A DNA stretch of 64,000 nucleotides from Octopus vulgaris (Eukaryota), in NCBI GenBank assembly GCA_951406725.2, contig OX597832.1:18228001-18292000 (forward strand). Direction: 5' to 3'. Below, piece after piece: positions 1-12,289 of this stretch (the stretch's first letter is position 1; every line of letters starts with the position of its first letter). The notes under the pieces were generated by a model. That model made no database searches. It was not told the origin of the DNA and worked only from the letters and a program-made list of their open reading frames with translations. A program made the translations under genes and the position numbers.

Positions 1-1092
1 GCTGATTTGGATGATTATTCAAAAATTACAGTTCTGAGACTCGAAGTGAAAAATCGCCCTAAGAGTATACCATTGCAAACATTTTTTCGATTGCATTCAA
101 CGAATTTCAGCTCCAAAGATTTGGCTGCTACTTCGAGCGCGCCCTGTTACCACGTAACAGCTATTTGCGATAAAGCACGCATACATATATTATTTTTAGC
201 ATTTGTATTTTATTCTGAAATTTTCTCGCATAATTCTTATACAATATTGCATCTATACACACATATAAAACGCACTCTTGCAGGAACACGCTGATATCCA
301 CTCTCACACACAGAACTATTTAAATATGATCACTTATAGATACATACAAGCACATGCAAGCCCATAACACACAGACACATACACATACACACACACAAAA
401 CCTATTACTCAAGAATATACAAATCCTCGTGATGATACGTATACGCTGTTGTTATCATTAATAAATTGATATTAGATATATTTTTTATATTCTAAAAATA
501 TTACACATACGACCTAAGAACAGGAGACAAAAAGAAAACAAAGGCAAGATAAGTATTGATTTATTACATTGAATACAAAACCAGATTGACAAACCGATCG
601 ATATTATCGAACTTGTTATATTGGGTTCGGCGTTAATCCAATTGGCTTGGTTTAGATTTTATTTATTTATTTATTTATTTATCTTTTGCTTTTGTTCCAT
701 TATGTTATTGTGGAGACGTCGTTCGTTGAGTGAGTGAAAGATGCTTTTGTTACAAGAATGGATGTTGGTGTTTGTAGTGTGAGTGTAATACAGCCGTGGG
801 GAATACTTGCCGGTGTCGAACGATACTTGAGGTGGTAGTCTGGAATAGCTAGACTGAATATGTGATGCATTTTCAGGAAATAAATCGACTGGGTGAATGG
901 ATTTTTTTTTCTGTTGGTGTATATCAATGGCGGGCATTTTGTTTTATGCTGAGGTCCGCCCTTTGCTTGCACATTTGCGGTGAAATGCAATCCTGCAAAG
1001 ACAATCGTTCCTTTTTCGTTATAACAGGAATTATTATCCTTAAATATGAGTCTGAGTAACATATTAAAGGAAGCAGGAGTTTATGCATGAAG

Positions 1093-1326
1093 TTTAAGGA
1101 GTTTAAGGCGGCGAGCTGGCAGAAATGTTAGCGAAATGCTTAGCGGTATTTCGTCTGCGTTACGTTGTGAGTTCAAATTCCGCCGAGGTCGACTTTGCCT
1201 TTCATCCTTTCGGAGTCGATAAATTAAGTACCAGTTACGCACTGGGGTCGATGTAATCGACTTAAAACCTATGTCTGTCCTTGTTTGTCCCCTCTGTGTT
1301 TAGCCCCTTGTGGGTAATAAAGAAAT
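1093..1326 (+). mobile_element. tRNA-derived SINE family C (GGCGGCGAGCTGGCAGAA head; Meta-domain-like centre)
   Basis: A-box-like AGCTGGCAGAA, B-box GAGTTCAAATTCC, central GCCTTTCATCCTTTCGGAGTCGATAAATTAAGTACC; 18-bp TSD AGGAGTTTATGCATGAAG at 1075-1092 and 1327-1344; many copies in window. Confidence 0.88.
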
Positions 1327-1439
1327 AGGAGTTTATGCATGAAGAAATATATGAGTGTGTCTGTTTGTGTGTAATTAAGTGATTAATGCGAGCGAACTTT
1401 TGTTTTGAAATTCTGAAGATGGATATTAATAAGGGATGA

Positions 1440-1610
1440 GACGCAGGAGTGGCTGTGTGGTAGGTAGATTGCTTACCAACCGCATGGTTCCGGATTCAGT
1501 CCCACTTCATGGAACCTTGGGCAAGTGTCTTCTAATATATCCTCGGGCCAACCTAAGCCTCCTGAGTGGATTTGGTAGGCGGAAACTGAAAAAAGCCCAT
1601 CGTATATATG

Positions 1611-1709
<99 letters not shown>

Positions 1710-1911
1710 TTGTGTGACTGTATTTGTCCCCCCAGCATTGTTTGACAGCCGATGCTGGTGTGTTTATGTCCCCGTCATCTAGCGGTTCGGCAAAAGAGAC
1801 CGATAGAATAAGTACTGGGCTTGCAAAAGAATAAGTTCCGGGGTCGAGTTGCTCGATTAAAGGCGGTGCTCCAGTATGGCCGCAGTCAAATGACTGAAAC
1901 AAGTAAAAGAG
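1440..1911 (+). mobile_element. tRNA-derived SINE family A with internal (TA)n(TG)n microsatellite
   Basis: Head GGAGTGGCTGTGTGGTA..GGTTCCGGATTCAGTCCC, CORE-like ACCTTGGGCAAGTG, internal microsatellite, tail GACTGAAACAAGTAAAAGAG; near-identical copies elsewhere. Confidence 0.9.
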
Positions 1912-2865
1912 ACGTATTAATGCGTATTCAGAATTTATTGTGCGAGGTTTATATATGGAAGTGAGAGATGTTACGACCAAAATACCGAGAAAATTTAAAA
2001 GTGGTTCTATCAAATCTGGTGTTCGTAGACCCGTTATATACGGTGGTGGTTAGGGAAGGTGAAGACATTTCTCTATGTTCTGCAGATGTTTTATTCATAA
2101 ATACCAGAAGGTCGTCCCCTTGCATCTTTCAGTAACATAAGACATTTCCAATCTCTTGTTATGCAACGTTCTACAATTCGAGTAACGTATTCAATTATCC
2201 TTCAAAGCCTTACTTTCTCTAGATTAGATTTAGGCACCGGCAACACCAACCTTGGAGAAATTCAAATGATCAACATTTCTGGTGGACTTTCACCCATGAT
2301 ATTTGCAGAAATGCCAAACCAGACACTTCTAACGACAGAGAGTACTGGTTCCTGCTATTCTCACCTAGCGCTGCAGTTTTGTAAGGTGGACATTTTCACA
2401 TGAGAACTAAGCAACAAAATCGTTTTATATGAACTCGATTATTGTCTGTCAACCACAGTTATTTTAGTTTATTTATTTTTATTTTTTATTTTTATTTTAT
2501 CTAGTTTCAGCTCACGAGCTGTGGCCATGATTTTACATGATTGCTACATGATTTTACTTCACGAATGCTTTTTAGCAATTGCCATTTGGTGAATGAGAGA
2601 GTTATGTCAACATTTGTACATATTTAAATTCCGAAACCCATTGACAGCCGTTTTTGTTCATTTTGAGAGTGGAATAGCCACCTTTCTTTGGTGATAGTTG
2701 ACTGACATCGTCCTTCTGTGTGGTTGACATAAGTCAGATTCGTGAATAGAGACTAAGATTTTGGGGACTGAAAACAGATGTATTGTCTTTGAGCAAGACA
2801 TCATTGACTTTGAAAAAAAAAAATATATATATATATACTTTATTTAAAGCAGCAGAAAATTCAAC

Positions 2866-2913
2866 AAAATCTGTTACTCTGAGTTTCTCGTCGCCGTTCA
2901 TCAGAGAGTTTTT
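2866..2913 (-). ncRNA. type I hammerhead ribozyme motif, intact core
   Basis: Minus strand AAAACTCT-CTGATGA-ACG-GCGA-CGA-GAAA-CTC-A-GAG-TA-ACAGATTTT: CUGAUGA/GAAA core, GNRA-capped short stem II, near-palindromic stem III, GUA triplet; short tail then (TA)n at ~2823-2837. Confidence 0.72.
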
Positions 2914-2924
2914 GCTAGAAGTAA

Positions 2925-3040
2925 GTTGATTATATCGACCCCTGTGCTCAACTGGTACTTATTTTATCGATCCCGAAATAACTAAGGCAAAGTCGACCTT
3001 GATGGCATTTGAACTCAGACCATTAAGTCGGAACAATTGC
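2925..3040 (-). mobile_element. degenerate SINE family C fragment
   Basis: Reverse complement of GTCGAC/AAGTACCAG/GAGTTCAAAT motifs. Confidence 0.65.
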
Positions 3041-3075
3041 CGTTTATCAACAGTTCTCATGTATGTGTAAGTGGC

Positions 3076-3137
<62 letters not shown>

Positions 3138-3297
3138 ATATATATATATGAAGGCAACCAATGTTTTGGGCTTTAATAACTGTGATCAGTTAGGAATAGT
3201 AAATGTGATAATTTATGAAAATTAGACATGATTATCAAAGCTTAGTGCGTATTCTTGTTGCTTCAAACTAAATAAATTGAGACTTATAAATTATCTA

Positions 3298-3965
3298 ATG
3301 GCTATAGACCAAAATACAGTCGCAATCTTTCACAAAGAAGGAGCAATACATTTATAGTAAATATTATCCATTACGATTTAACGAACAACAGTCTGGAATA
3401 TTGTCAAGAAATTTCAAGAGACTGGTTCCACCGCTGGTCGCCCTGGACATGGCCAGAAAATAAGTGTGCGAGCCCCACACCTTATCAAAAGTACGACAGA
3501 ACAGATACGGCGAAATCTTCGTTGTTCCGCCAGAAAAGTGGCTGTTACAGCAAAAATAAGCCAGGTTCTGAAGAATTATCTCAGGAACAGATGGTGGTGT
3601 TGATGGTAATGTCTATGATGCTGATATGGTTTCATGGGTAGATGTTATTTGCACAGTGATGATCTGTCGTCATGGGATTTGCACAGTGGTTATCTGTCGT
3701 CATGAGCTGCCGCATATTTATAAGACCACGCCCGCAGAGAAGTTGTCTTATCCTGCATCAGATTCCTGCAGTTATGCTGCCCGACTTACTTGTTCACTGA
3801 TGGAAAGAAATTTCACACCGAACACACAGTAAAACACGAGAATGACCAACATTGGAGAGTATCCGGTTCATAAATTCATGTCAAAATCCGTAGTCAGTTA
3901 CGGTTTGGGTGGCTGTGACAGCCTCTGGAAGGTCCCACTAGTTTTCGTGCCCTAAGGTGTGATTC
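3298..3965 (+). pseudogene. decayed Tc1/mariner (maT/DD37D-like) transposase
   Basis: Manual translation across frameshifts: RTTVWNIVKKFQETGSTAGRPGHGQKISVRAPHLIKSTTEQIRRNLRCSARKVA (HTH plus GRPR-like), RHEL, LFTDGKKF..ENDQHW and QNP*SVTVWVAVTASGRS.LVFVP, matching recalled maT-type motifs (FTDEKKF, SVMVWA). Confidence 0.8.
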
Positions 3966-4049
3966 GAAACATATGCGGCAATATCCAATAAATATCGCAG
4001 TATCATAATTGTGTTTTATTTAGTATTGCATTTAATGAATCACACCCGA

Positions 4050-4172
4050 AACGTCGGGCGAAATGCTTAGCGGAATTTCGTCTGTCATTTCGTTCTGAGT
4101 TCAAATTCCGCAGAGGGTGACTTTGCCTTTCGTCCTTCCGGGGTCAATAAATTAAGTACCAGTTGCATATTG
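4050..4172 (+). mobile_element. SINE family C, 5' part
   Basis: GGGCGAAATGCTTAGCGG..GAGTTCAAATTCCG..GACTTTGCCTTTC..AAGTACCAG, ending at a (TATG)n tract. Confidence 0.75.
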
Positions 4173-4316
4173 GTACGTATGTATGTATATATGTATGTTT
4201 GTATGTATGTACGTATGTATGTATGTATGTATGTATGTATGTATGTATGTATGTATGTATGTATGTATGAATGAATGAATGTATGTATCTATGAATGTAT
4301 GTGTGCATATATGTAT

Positions 4317-4713
4317 GTGGCTGTGTGGTAAGTAGCTTGCTAACCAACCACATGGTTCCGGGTTCAGTCCCACTGCGTGGCATCTTGGGCAAATGTCTTC
4401 TGCTATAGCCCCGGGCCGACCAATGCCTTTTGAGTGGATTTGGTAGACGGAAACTGAAAGAAGCCTGTCTTATATATGTACATATATGTATGTGTTTGTG
4501 TGTATATGTTTGACCCCCTAGCATTGCTTGACAACCGATTCTGGTGTGTTTACGTCCCCGTCACTTAGCGCTTCGGCAAAAAAAGACCGATAGAATAAAT
4601 ACTGGGCTTACAAAGAATAAGTCCCGGGGTTGATTTGCTCGACTAAAGGCGGTGCTCCAGCATGGCCACAGTCAAATGACTGAAACAAGTAGAAGAGTAA
4701 AAGAGTAAAAGAG
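4317..4713 (+). mobile_element. SINE family A
   Basis: Same head, body and (GTAAAAGA)n tail as 1440-1911. Confidence 0.9.
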
Positions 4714-5228
4714 AGTACGTATATGTACACACACATATACATATATGAGAACTGCGCGCCAGAATAAAAAGTACTTTTGGAAATGTCCCGTATGTACTGA
4801 ATCGCCACCTCCATTACCATCCTGAATCTAATTTACTAAATCATCCGTATGAAGAATGCCATTATTTCTTTTTCATTCAATCATCTGTGTGTCTCAGTAC
4901 TTTTGTTTGAGCCCCCGTAACGCTGTACTTCGTTCGCCATGTACTCCTTTAATTTGCGGCTCTCTCACTTTTTTATATCAATTTCCAGCTTCTGTCTCCA
5001 TATCATTGATCTCCGTGAAGAAAGAAAAGAAAAAAAAACAACAACAACAAAAACAAAAACAAAATAAAGCAAATCAAAAATTATATACGTATATACATAC
5101 ACCATCATGTACGCATGCATGTTAATGTGTACATGTATATACACATACACAAATATACATACATATATAAATATATAAATGCACACACACGTAAACATAT
5201 ATATATATATATATATACATATATATAT

Positions 5229-5300
5229 ACAACAAACTAGTCAATCAACCAAATCATGAGTTAAGTATTAAGATGTATGTCTGCCTGCACATAAATGCAA

Positions 5301-5387
<87 letters not shown>

Positions 5388-5451
5388 CTATATATATATA
5401 TATATGTATATCTATCTATCTATATGTATATATATATACAGATAGATAGAT

Positions 5452-5547
<96 letters not shown>

Positions 5548-5621
5548 ATTTGCATTTATGTGCACGCAGACAAACATCTTAACACTTAGCTCATGATTTG
5601 GTTGACTGACTAGTTTGTTGT
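5229..5621. repeat. ~75-bp inverted repeat enclosing a (TA)n tract
   Basis: 5229-5305 (CAACAAACTAGTCAATCAACCAAATCATGAG..ATAAATGCAAATACA) is the reverse complement of 5545-5621 with a few mismatches. Confidence 0.85.
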
Positions 5622-6295
5622 TCGGTTGACTGATTCTGTAAAACAAACAGATGTTTGGATCATCAAAAGATTCAGAGATGTTTCTGCCTCAGTATTAGAC
5701 TTAGTGGGGTGGTGATGGTGGTAGTGGTGGTCGTGGTTGTGGTAGTGGTGGTGTTGTTGTCATCGTCGTCGTCCTCGTCATCGTCATCATCGTGATCGTC
5801 GTCTTTGTTACCAGTTGACGTGGACATGGCCCTGGTACTGATGATGGTTGTTGTGTTGTTGGTGGTGATGGTGTTGGCGTTGGTCTTGTCGACGGTGGTG
5901 GTAGTGGTTGTTTTGGTGGTGGTCTTGTTAGTGGTGGACGTTTTTGATGGTGGTGTTTATGATAATGTCCAAGGTGCTGATATGATTTCATGGGGAAGTG
6001 TTATTTGCACAGTGTTGCAAAATAATATGGTGCTTAGGTGATGATGACCGAACCACATGGGAAACGGCTTGTTAGATAATACTTCTGAGGCTAATATTGT
6101 GGATGTTGAAGGTGATGTTGACATTGTTGCTGTTACTCATTTTAGTCCCATCTCCTGCATGATTAAGCCCCATTTCTGAGTAAACACCATCCACACATAA
6201 CACTACCGGATTTGATTTTATCTCTGAATATGATATATATATATTTATATATATGATATATAGGTATATGGGTGTGTGTGTGCGTGTGTGTAGAG

Positions 6296-6348
<53 letters not shown>

Positions 6349-6447
6349 ACTAGCTGGCCTTGTACGTACGTGCATATATATGTATGTATGGACGTTCGTA
6401 TATGTAAATATAACGTTTGTTCTGCATATATAAATGTACTTTGATAT

Positions 6448-6506
6448 ATATAACCGATGACGGCAAAGCTTATTTAAAGCAAAGCTAGAAATCCTGGATC
6501 TTGAAT
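6448..6506 (+). ncRNA. hammerhead-like motif (U4C core variant)
   Basis: ATAA-CCGATGA-C-GGC-aaa-GCTT..AAGC-aaa-GCT-A-GAAA-TCC-T-GGA-TC-TTGA; ~230-bp tail then (TA)n at ~6737. Confidence 0.5.
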
Positions 6507-6767
6507 TATTCAATAATAATTTTTTGCTAGTCTATTTTGTCCCTCTGTCTTATCTCATGGTACGATATGAACATTTAAGTCAGGGTTTTGACTGTTATTT
6601 CGGCATGGTGGTGTTTCTCAGACACCCTTATTTTTAGCTGTAAAAAAACTATTACCATTGTACGGTATTTTCCCATGCTGGCCACTTGATAATATTCATA
6701 TTTAAATATCGATATTATCCTTATTTATAAATTTACATATATATATATGTATATATATATGCATATA

Positions 6768-6861
<94 letters not shown>

Positions 6862-6894
6862 TGTGTGTGTGTTTACATATATCTTGTGTTATTA

Positions 6895-7113
6895 TTTTAC
6901 TTGTTTCAGTCATCGGACTGCAGGCATACTGGAGAACCGCCTAGAAGGGCATCAATCGTCAGAGGAATCGACCTCAGGACATATAAAAAAAATATTAAGC
7001 CTAGTACTCATACTGTCGGCCTGTTTTATCAAACTGCTAAGTCACGGGAACGTCAACACATCAATGCCGGCTGTCGAGCAGTGATGGTGGGGGCGGTTAA
7101 GCACAGACACAGA
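6895..7113 (-). mobile_element. degenerate SINE family A 3' half
   Basis: TTTTACTTGTTTCAGTCAT..CTGGAG..CCTAGTACT..AAGTCACGGGAACGT match the reverse complement of the family A tail. Confidence 0.7.
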
Positions 7114-7185
7114 GTCACAAATACCGTTCAATGAAATAATAATAATATGAATAATATATGTGTATATATATATGTATATATGTGT

Positions 7186-7399
7186 GTGCGTGTATGTTTG
7201 TGTTTATCCCCCTAGCATTGCTTGACAACCGATGCTGGTGTGTTTATGTCCCCGTCACTTAGCAGTTCGGCAAAAAGAGACCGATAGAATAAGTACTGTG
7301 CTTACAAAGAATATGTCCCGGGGTCGAGTTGCTTGATTAAAGGCGGTGCTCCAGCATGGCCGCAGTCAAATGACTGAAAAAAGTAAAAGAGTAAAGAGT
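7186..7399 (+). mobile_element. SINE family A 3' half
   Basis: CTAGCATTGCTTGACAACCGATGCTGG through GACTGAAAAAAGTAAAAGAG. Confidence 0.88.
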
Positions 7400-7737
7400 A
7401 TATGCATATATGGGTACATGACGTCACCAACTCTGTACACAACATGGAATACGAAACCAAGTTTAATACGCAAATAACTAGAGAAAAAATGAAGAAAAAC
7501 AAACACAGAGAACGACCTTTCATCAGTTGTCAGCTTTCTATCTATTCTTCACTTCGAGCATTCAATGACAATATGGGTCTTCAAAGACAGTTTCTCCCAT
7601 AAATTCCAAAATAGAATTTAGTATTTATGGAGGGTCAAAGTAGGGAGCTAAAAAACAGGACAGTGGAGACATACTAGGATATATTTTCCACAGTTGGGGA
7701 CATCCTGTAACCATTAATGCATAAATATATATATGTA

Positions 7738-8082
<345 letters not shown>

Positions 8083-8147
8083 ATATATATATATATATAT
8101 ATATATTATAAATAGCATATACATATACATATATATATTATATATAT

Positions 8148-8187
<40 letters not shown>

Positions 8188-8193
8188 TGCTAT

Positions 8194-8240
<47 letters not shown>

Positions 8241-8558
8241 GTATATATATATATAAACATATATATATTATATTATATTATATTATATTGATAACAAGCA
8301 AAATATAAGGATAACATCTATATAAGAAATTATTAAGTAGTCAGCGTGAAAAAAACAGTTTCAGAAAAAGTTAATACAAAGTATATCATTTTCCCCTTAA
8401 ATATAATTAATATGAATTAATTATATTACTGTCATTAAGTAAACGCTTCACGCTGTTATAGGACAGGACCCTAATTCAATCTACTGCAATGTATATACAC
8501 GGTAACTAAAGCGACGGAATGCAACATGGATGTTACATTTTAGAAGCATCCATTATAT

Positions 8559-8615
8559 ACCGTTAACGATTTCGTGGTCACCGTGTATTATACGCTTTCC
8601 AGCCTTCAGCACAAT
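8559..8615 (-). ncRNA. decayed hammerhead-like motif
   Basis: Minus strand ATTGTG-CTGAAGG-C-TGG...CCA-C-GAAA-TCG-TT-AACGGT; its tail (8290-8350, reverse complement) resembles the tail after the 6448 motif. Confidence 0.4.
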
Positions 8616-8924
8616 ATAATCAGTATATATAAATATGAACATTTTTCAATGGCCCTGGTACACAATTATGGCCCACGACAAACACTCTGTATACAGTTAG
8701 TGCAAAATGTTACACCAAAACAATGGTGATATACTAAAATACGAAACAACGCACGGCAGGGCTCATGAGAGTAACCAACGTCACAGTGAAAGGGACCACA
8801 TCATACTATAGCGCATAGCACCATACCAAGATGAAATAAAACAGTAAAAACGGGGTTACGGTAGGAACCCCTTGATTCTTCTGGACATGACCGACATTAA
8901 GGATTTAAGTATTATCAAAGCCAG

Positions 8925-9410
8925 CAACACCACCGCCACCACTACCATCACCAGTATCACCACCACACCACCACCGTCACCATCATCGCCGCCTCCACCG
9001 CCGCCCCCGCCGACACCTACGTCACCGACAACGACGTCGCCGACAGCGTCGCCGCCACTAACGCCACCACCGAAACCGCCATCGACACCACTGCTGCCAC
9101 CACTGCCGTCACGCCACCAACACCGCCGTCGGGAAACCACCACGACCACCACCACGACCACCACCACGACCACCACCATCACCACCACCACCACCACCAC
9201 CACCACCACTACCACCAACACTACTACTACCACCACCACCACTACTACCACCACCACCACCACCACCACTACTACTACTACCACCACCACCACCACCATC
9301 ACCACCAACACTACTACTACCACCACCACCACCACCACCACTACTACAACCACCACCACCACCACCACCATCACCACCACCACCACCACCATTACTACCA
9401 CCACCACCAG

Positions 9411-9488
<78 letters not shown>

Positions 9489-9510
9489 GCTGCCGCTGCT
9501 GCTGCTGCTG
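8925..9510. repeat. compound (CCG/ACC/ACT/CTG)n trinucleotide array
   Basis: Directly visible; generates poly-Thr/poly-Val pseudo-ORFs. Confidence 0.95.
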
Positions 9511-9915
9511 GCTCGCCACAGCACCCATTTCCCCTCTATTCAAACACAAACACACACACACGCGATCCCCGTCTCTCGCCACCACTCATTACGCAGCCAC
9601 TCCACCGGACACTAGCGAGGAAAGTAAATATTATTTTATTATGCCTCGACTCGGGCTAAATAAACAGAGTTCCTTATTGTTATTCGCTTGTTTTCCTTCG
9701 TTTATCTATTTCTTTATTTATATTTACTTTGTTTTTTTTTGTTATTATAATTTTTATTATTAATATTATTATTGATATTATTTTTATTAATTCTACTACA
9801 GAAAATTGCGAGATGGCACAGTTGTTACTGCGTCGGACAAAAATGGTCTATGGAACTCTTTTCTCTCTGAGTTCGAAATTCGCTGAGGAATGATTCTTTT
9901 TTTTTAATCATTTTC

Positions 9916-10325
9916 AGGTGCAGGAGAGGCTGTGTGGTAAGTAGCTTGCTTACCAACCACATGGTTCCGTGTTCAGTCCCACTGCTTGGCACTTTGGGCA
10001 AGTGTATTCTACTATAGCCTCGGACAGACCAAAGCCTTATGAATGGATTTGGTAGACGGAAACTGAAAAGAAGCCCGTCGCGTATATGTATATATATATA
10101 TATATATATGTGTGTGTTTGTGTGTCTGTTTGTCCTCCCAACATCGCTTGACAACCGATGCTGGTGTGTCTACGTCTCCGTAACTTAGCGGTTCGGCAAA
10201 AGAGAACCGATAGAAATAAGTACTAGGCTTACAAAGAATAAGACCTGGGGTCGATTTGCTCGACTAAAGGCTGTGCTCCAGCATGGCCGCAGTCAAATGA
10301 CTGAAGCAAGTATAAAGAGAAACAA
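9916..10325 (+). mobile_element. SINE family A
   Basis: Full head, internal microsatellite and tail. Confidence 0.9.
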
Positions 10326-10389
10326 AGAGAGAAGAAAAAAGGTCGATAATATAAGTACCTTTTAAAGAATGTTTGTTACTTCTCAAGAC

Positions 10390-10645
10390 ATGCTTGGCTC
10401 ATAAGGGCCGGTATCCCAGTTTCCTTGGCGTAAGTTTCCCACCTATACGGTCCGCCGGTCCGTCGCAGGTGAACTGCAAGATGCAAGAGGAAAGAGTGAG
10501 AGAAAGTTGTGGCGAAAGAGTCAGCAGAAGTTCTCCATTACCTTCTGCCGGAGCCGCGTGAAGCTTAGGTGTTTCACTCATAAACACACACATCGCCCGG
10601 TCTGAGATTCGAACCGCGATCCCTCGACCGCCATGTGCCTCTACC
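10390..10645 (-). mobile_element. SINE with family B (OR1-like) head and a different 3' tail
   Basis: Minus strand GGATCGCGGTTCGAATCTCAGACCGGGCG..AAACACCTAAGC..GCTCCGGCAG..ACAACTTTCTCTCACTCT as in 22087, then diverges to ..CCGGCCCTTATGAGCCAAGC. Confidence 0.75.
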
Positions 10646-10719
10646 CAGTTAAGAAATGAGATCGCTATAATCGGCTTATACCATCCCCTAAAATTTCAGT
10701 CCTTTGTGCCTATGATAGA

Positions 10720-10720
10720 A

Positions 10721-10800
<80 letters not shown>

Positions 10801-10909
10801 CATTATTATTAATGCGGCCAACTGGAAGACTCTGTATGATCATGATCATCATCCTCATCATGCTCCTGCTCCTGTTCCTCCTCCTTCGCCTCATCATCAT
10901 TATCATCAT

Positions 10910-10960
<51 letters not shown>

Positions 10961-10980
10961 TATCATCATCATCATCAACA
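10720..10980. repeat. (ATT)n, (CAT)n, (CAG)n microsatellites
   Basis: Directly visible. Confidence 0.95.
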
Positions 10981-12289
10981 TATTTGCGACGATATTATTG
11001 ACTCTGTTATTATATATACCTATCATTCAACTACGATAGTGGTTGAATGATATTCATAAGGCCGCAATTTACTCACACACAGCATCTTTCCGAGCTTTGT
11101 CGCTAATTCAGTTCTTAGCCAATTTGAAAACTGTTAGCATTTTTGCAGAGGGCTGGTCAATAGCTAAACTTTGGCTTAAAAGAAATTGAGATTTGATCCA
11201 GTAGAAAAAAGTTTAAAACGAAATTTGTAGCAATCAAGTTTAGATCTAAGTAACTTTTTTATTTTAAAATCAAAATACATCTATCTTCGCGTCAGTGATA
11301 GAAAAAAGCATGGAGAATTTCATAGTTTTGATACCATCCAGCAAAAATGTCTATCAAAAATGTTGTGAGGTAAAATATCATGAAAAGCAATATAAGGTCA
11401 AAAACTGAATTTAAGTATAAGTAACTTTTTTTTTATTTGAAGCCTCATCACCATCATCATTGTTGAATAACACAGACAGCATTACCTCTTCCTTCAGGGA
11501 GTAAAATTTACCTCATTCATGAAAGCCGTCAGTGATGAGACAACCGGCCCTGACGGTAATATTAAACTATTTTCTTTATTACTGCACCCGAACACTGGAA
11601 ATAACGCCATGGGCCTTCCATCAGCACCACTACCACCACTATCACCATCACTATTACCACCATGACCACTACCACTATCAGCAACAACAAAAGCAAGTAG
11701 CAGCAATGTATTCGACTCCAACGCAAATCCTCAATGTTACTACTGCAACTCAGCCACGCCTTCGGTTCTCCATAAAAACAACAAAAAACTAATCTGCTTG
11801 TTGTTCGATTTGCAAGAAACAACAAGCAAATCTATATGTAACGTCTTTCTAATTTTTAGAACCAAGGACGGACACGCATGATCTAGTTTAGCCTAATTAT
11901 ACCCAAATGGCTTAGAGAGATAGGCTAAATCGCGTTTGATCCTACACTTGTTCCATTAGGAATAACATGAGACAACACATAAGCCATAACGACAGCTGCA
12001 AAACTAACATGCATAACAAGAGGAACACCAAGGAAAACAATATTAATTGCCAAGATAAACAATCAGGCTATACAATACCACTCACCTAAGCATTACATCC
12101 ATCAATTCTTGAAACTATAAACATATTACTTCCATCGTTACAGCGGCGGCTATCCCGCCAACGCTGTCGAGAAATACATTAATTACGATAGTATAAACAG
12201 AACAGCATTAACACCAACATTGCAAACACCGGTCATGGTTTTTCCCTCGGCTTCCATTGCTGGCGTCTATGACCTGCACAAAACGTTGC

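Noticed and set aside
671-1062. Overlapping ORFs in unique sequence
   Set aside because: No recognisable protein similarity; cannot exclude a small exon without transcript data.
2040-2800. Unique sequence with 80-aa ORF, possible old retroelement
   Set aside because: No RT, endonuclease or other motif recognised in the frames examined.
7538-7590. Hammerhead-like fold CTGTC-TTTGAAGA..GAAG..TA-GATAG (minus)
   Set aside because: Stem I fits but several core positions and stems II/III are broken; counted only as a decayed candidate.
8856-9615. 247-aa Thr/Pro-rich and 222-aa Val-rich ORFs (mucin-like)
   Set aside because: Pure trinucleotide microsatellite open on both strands; no domain or splice evidence.
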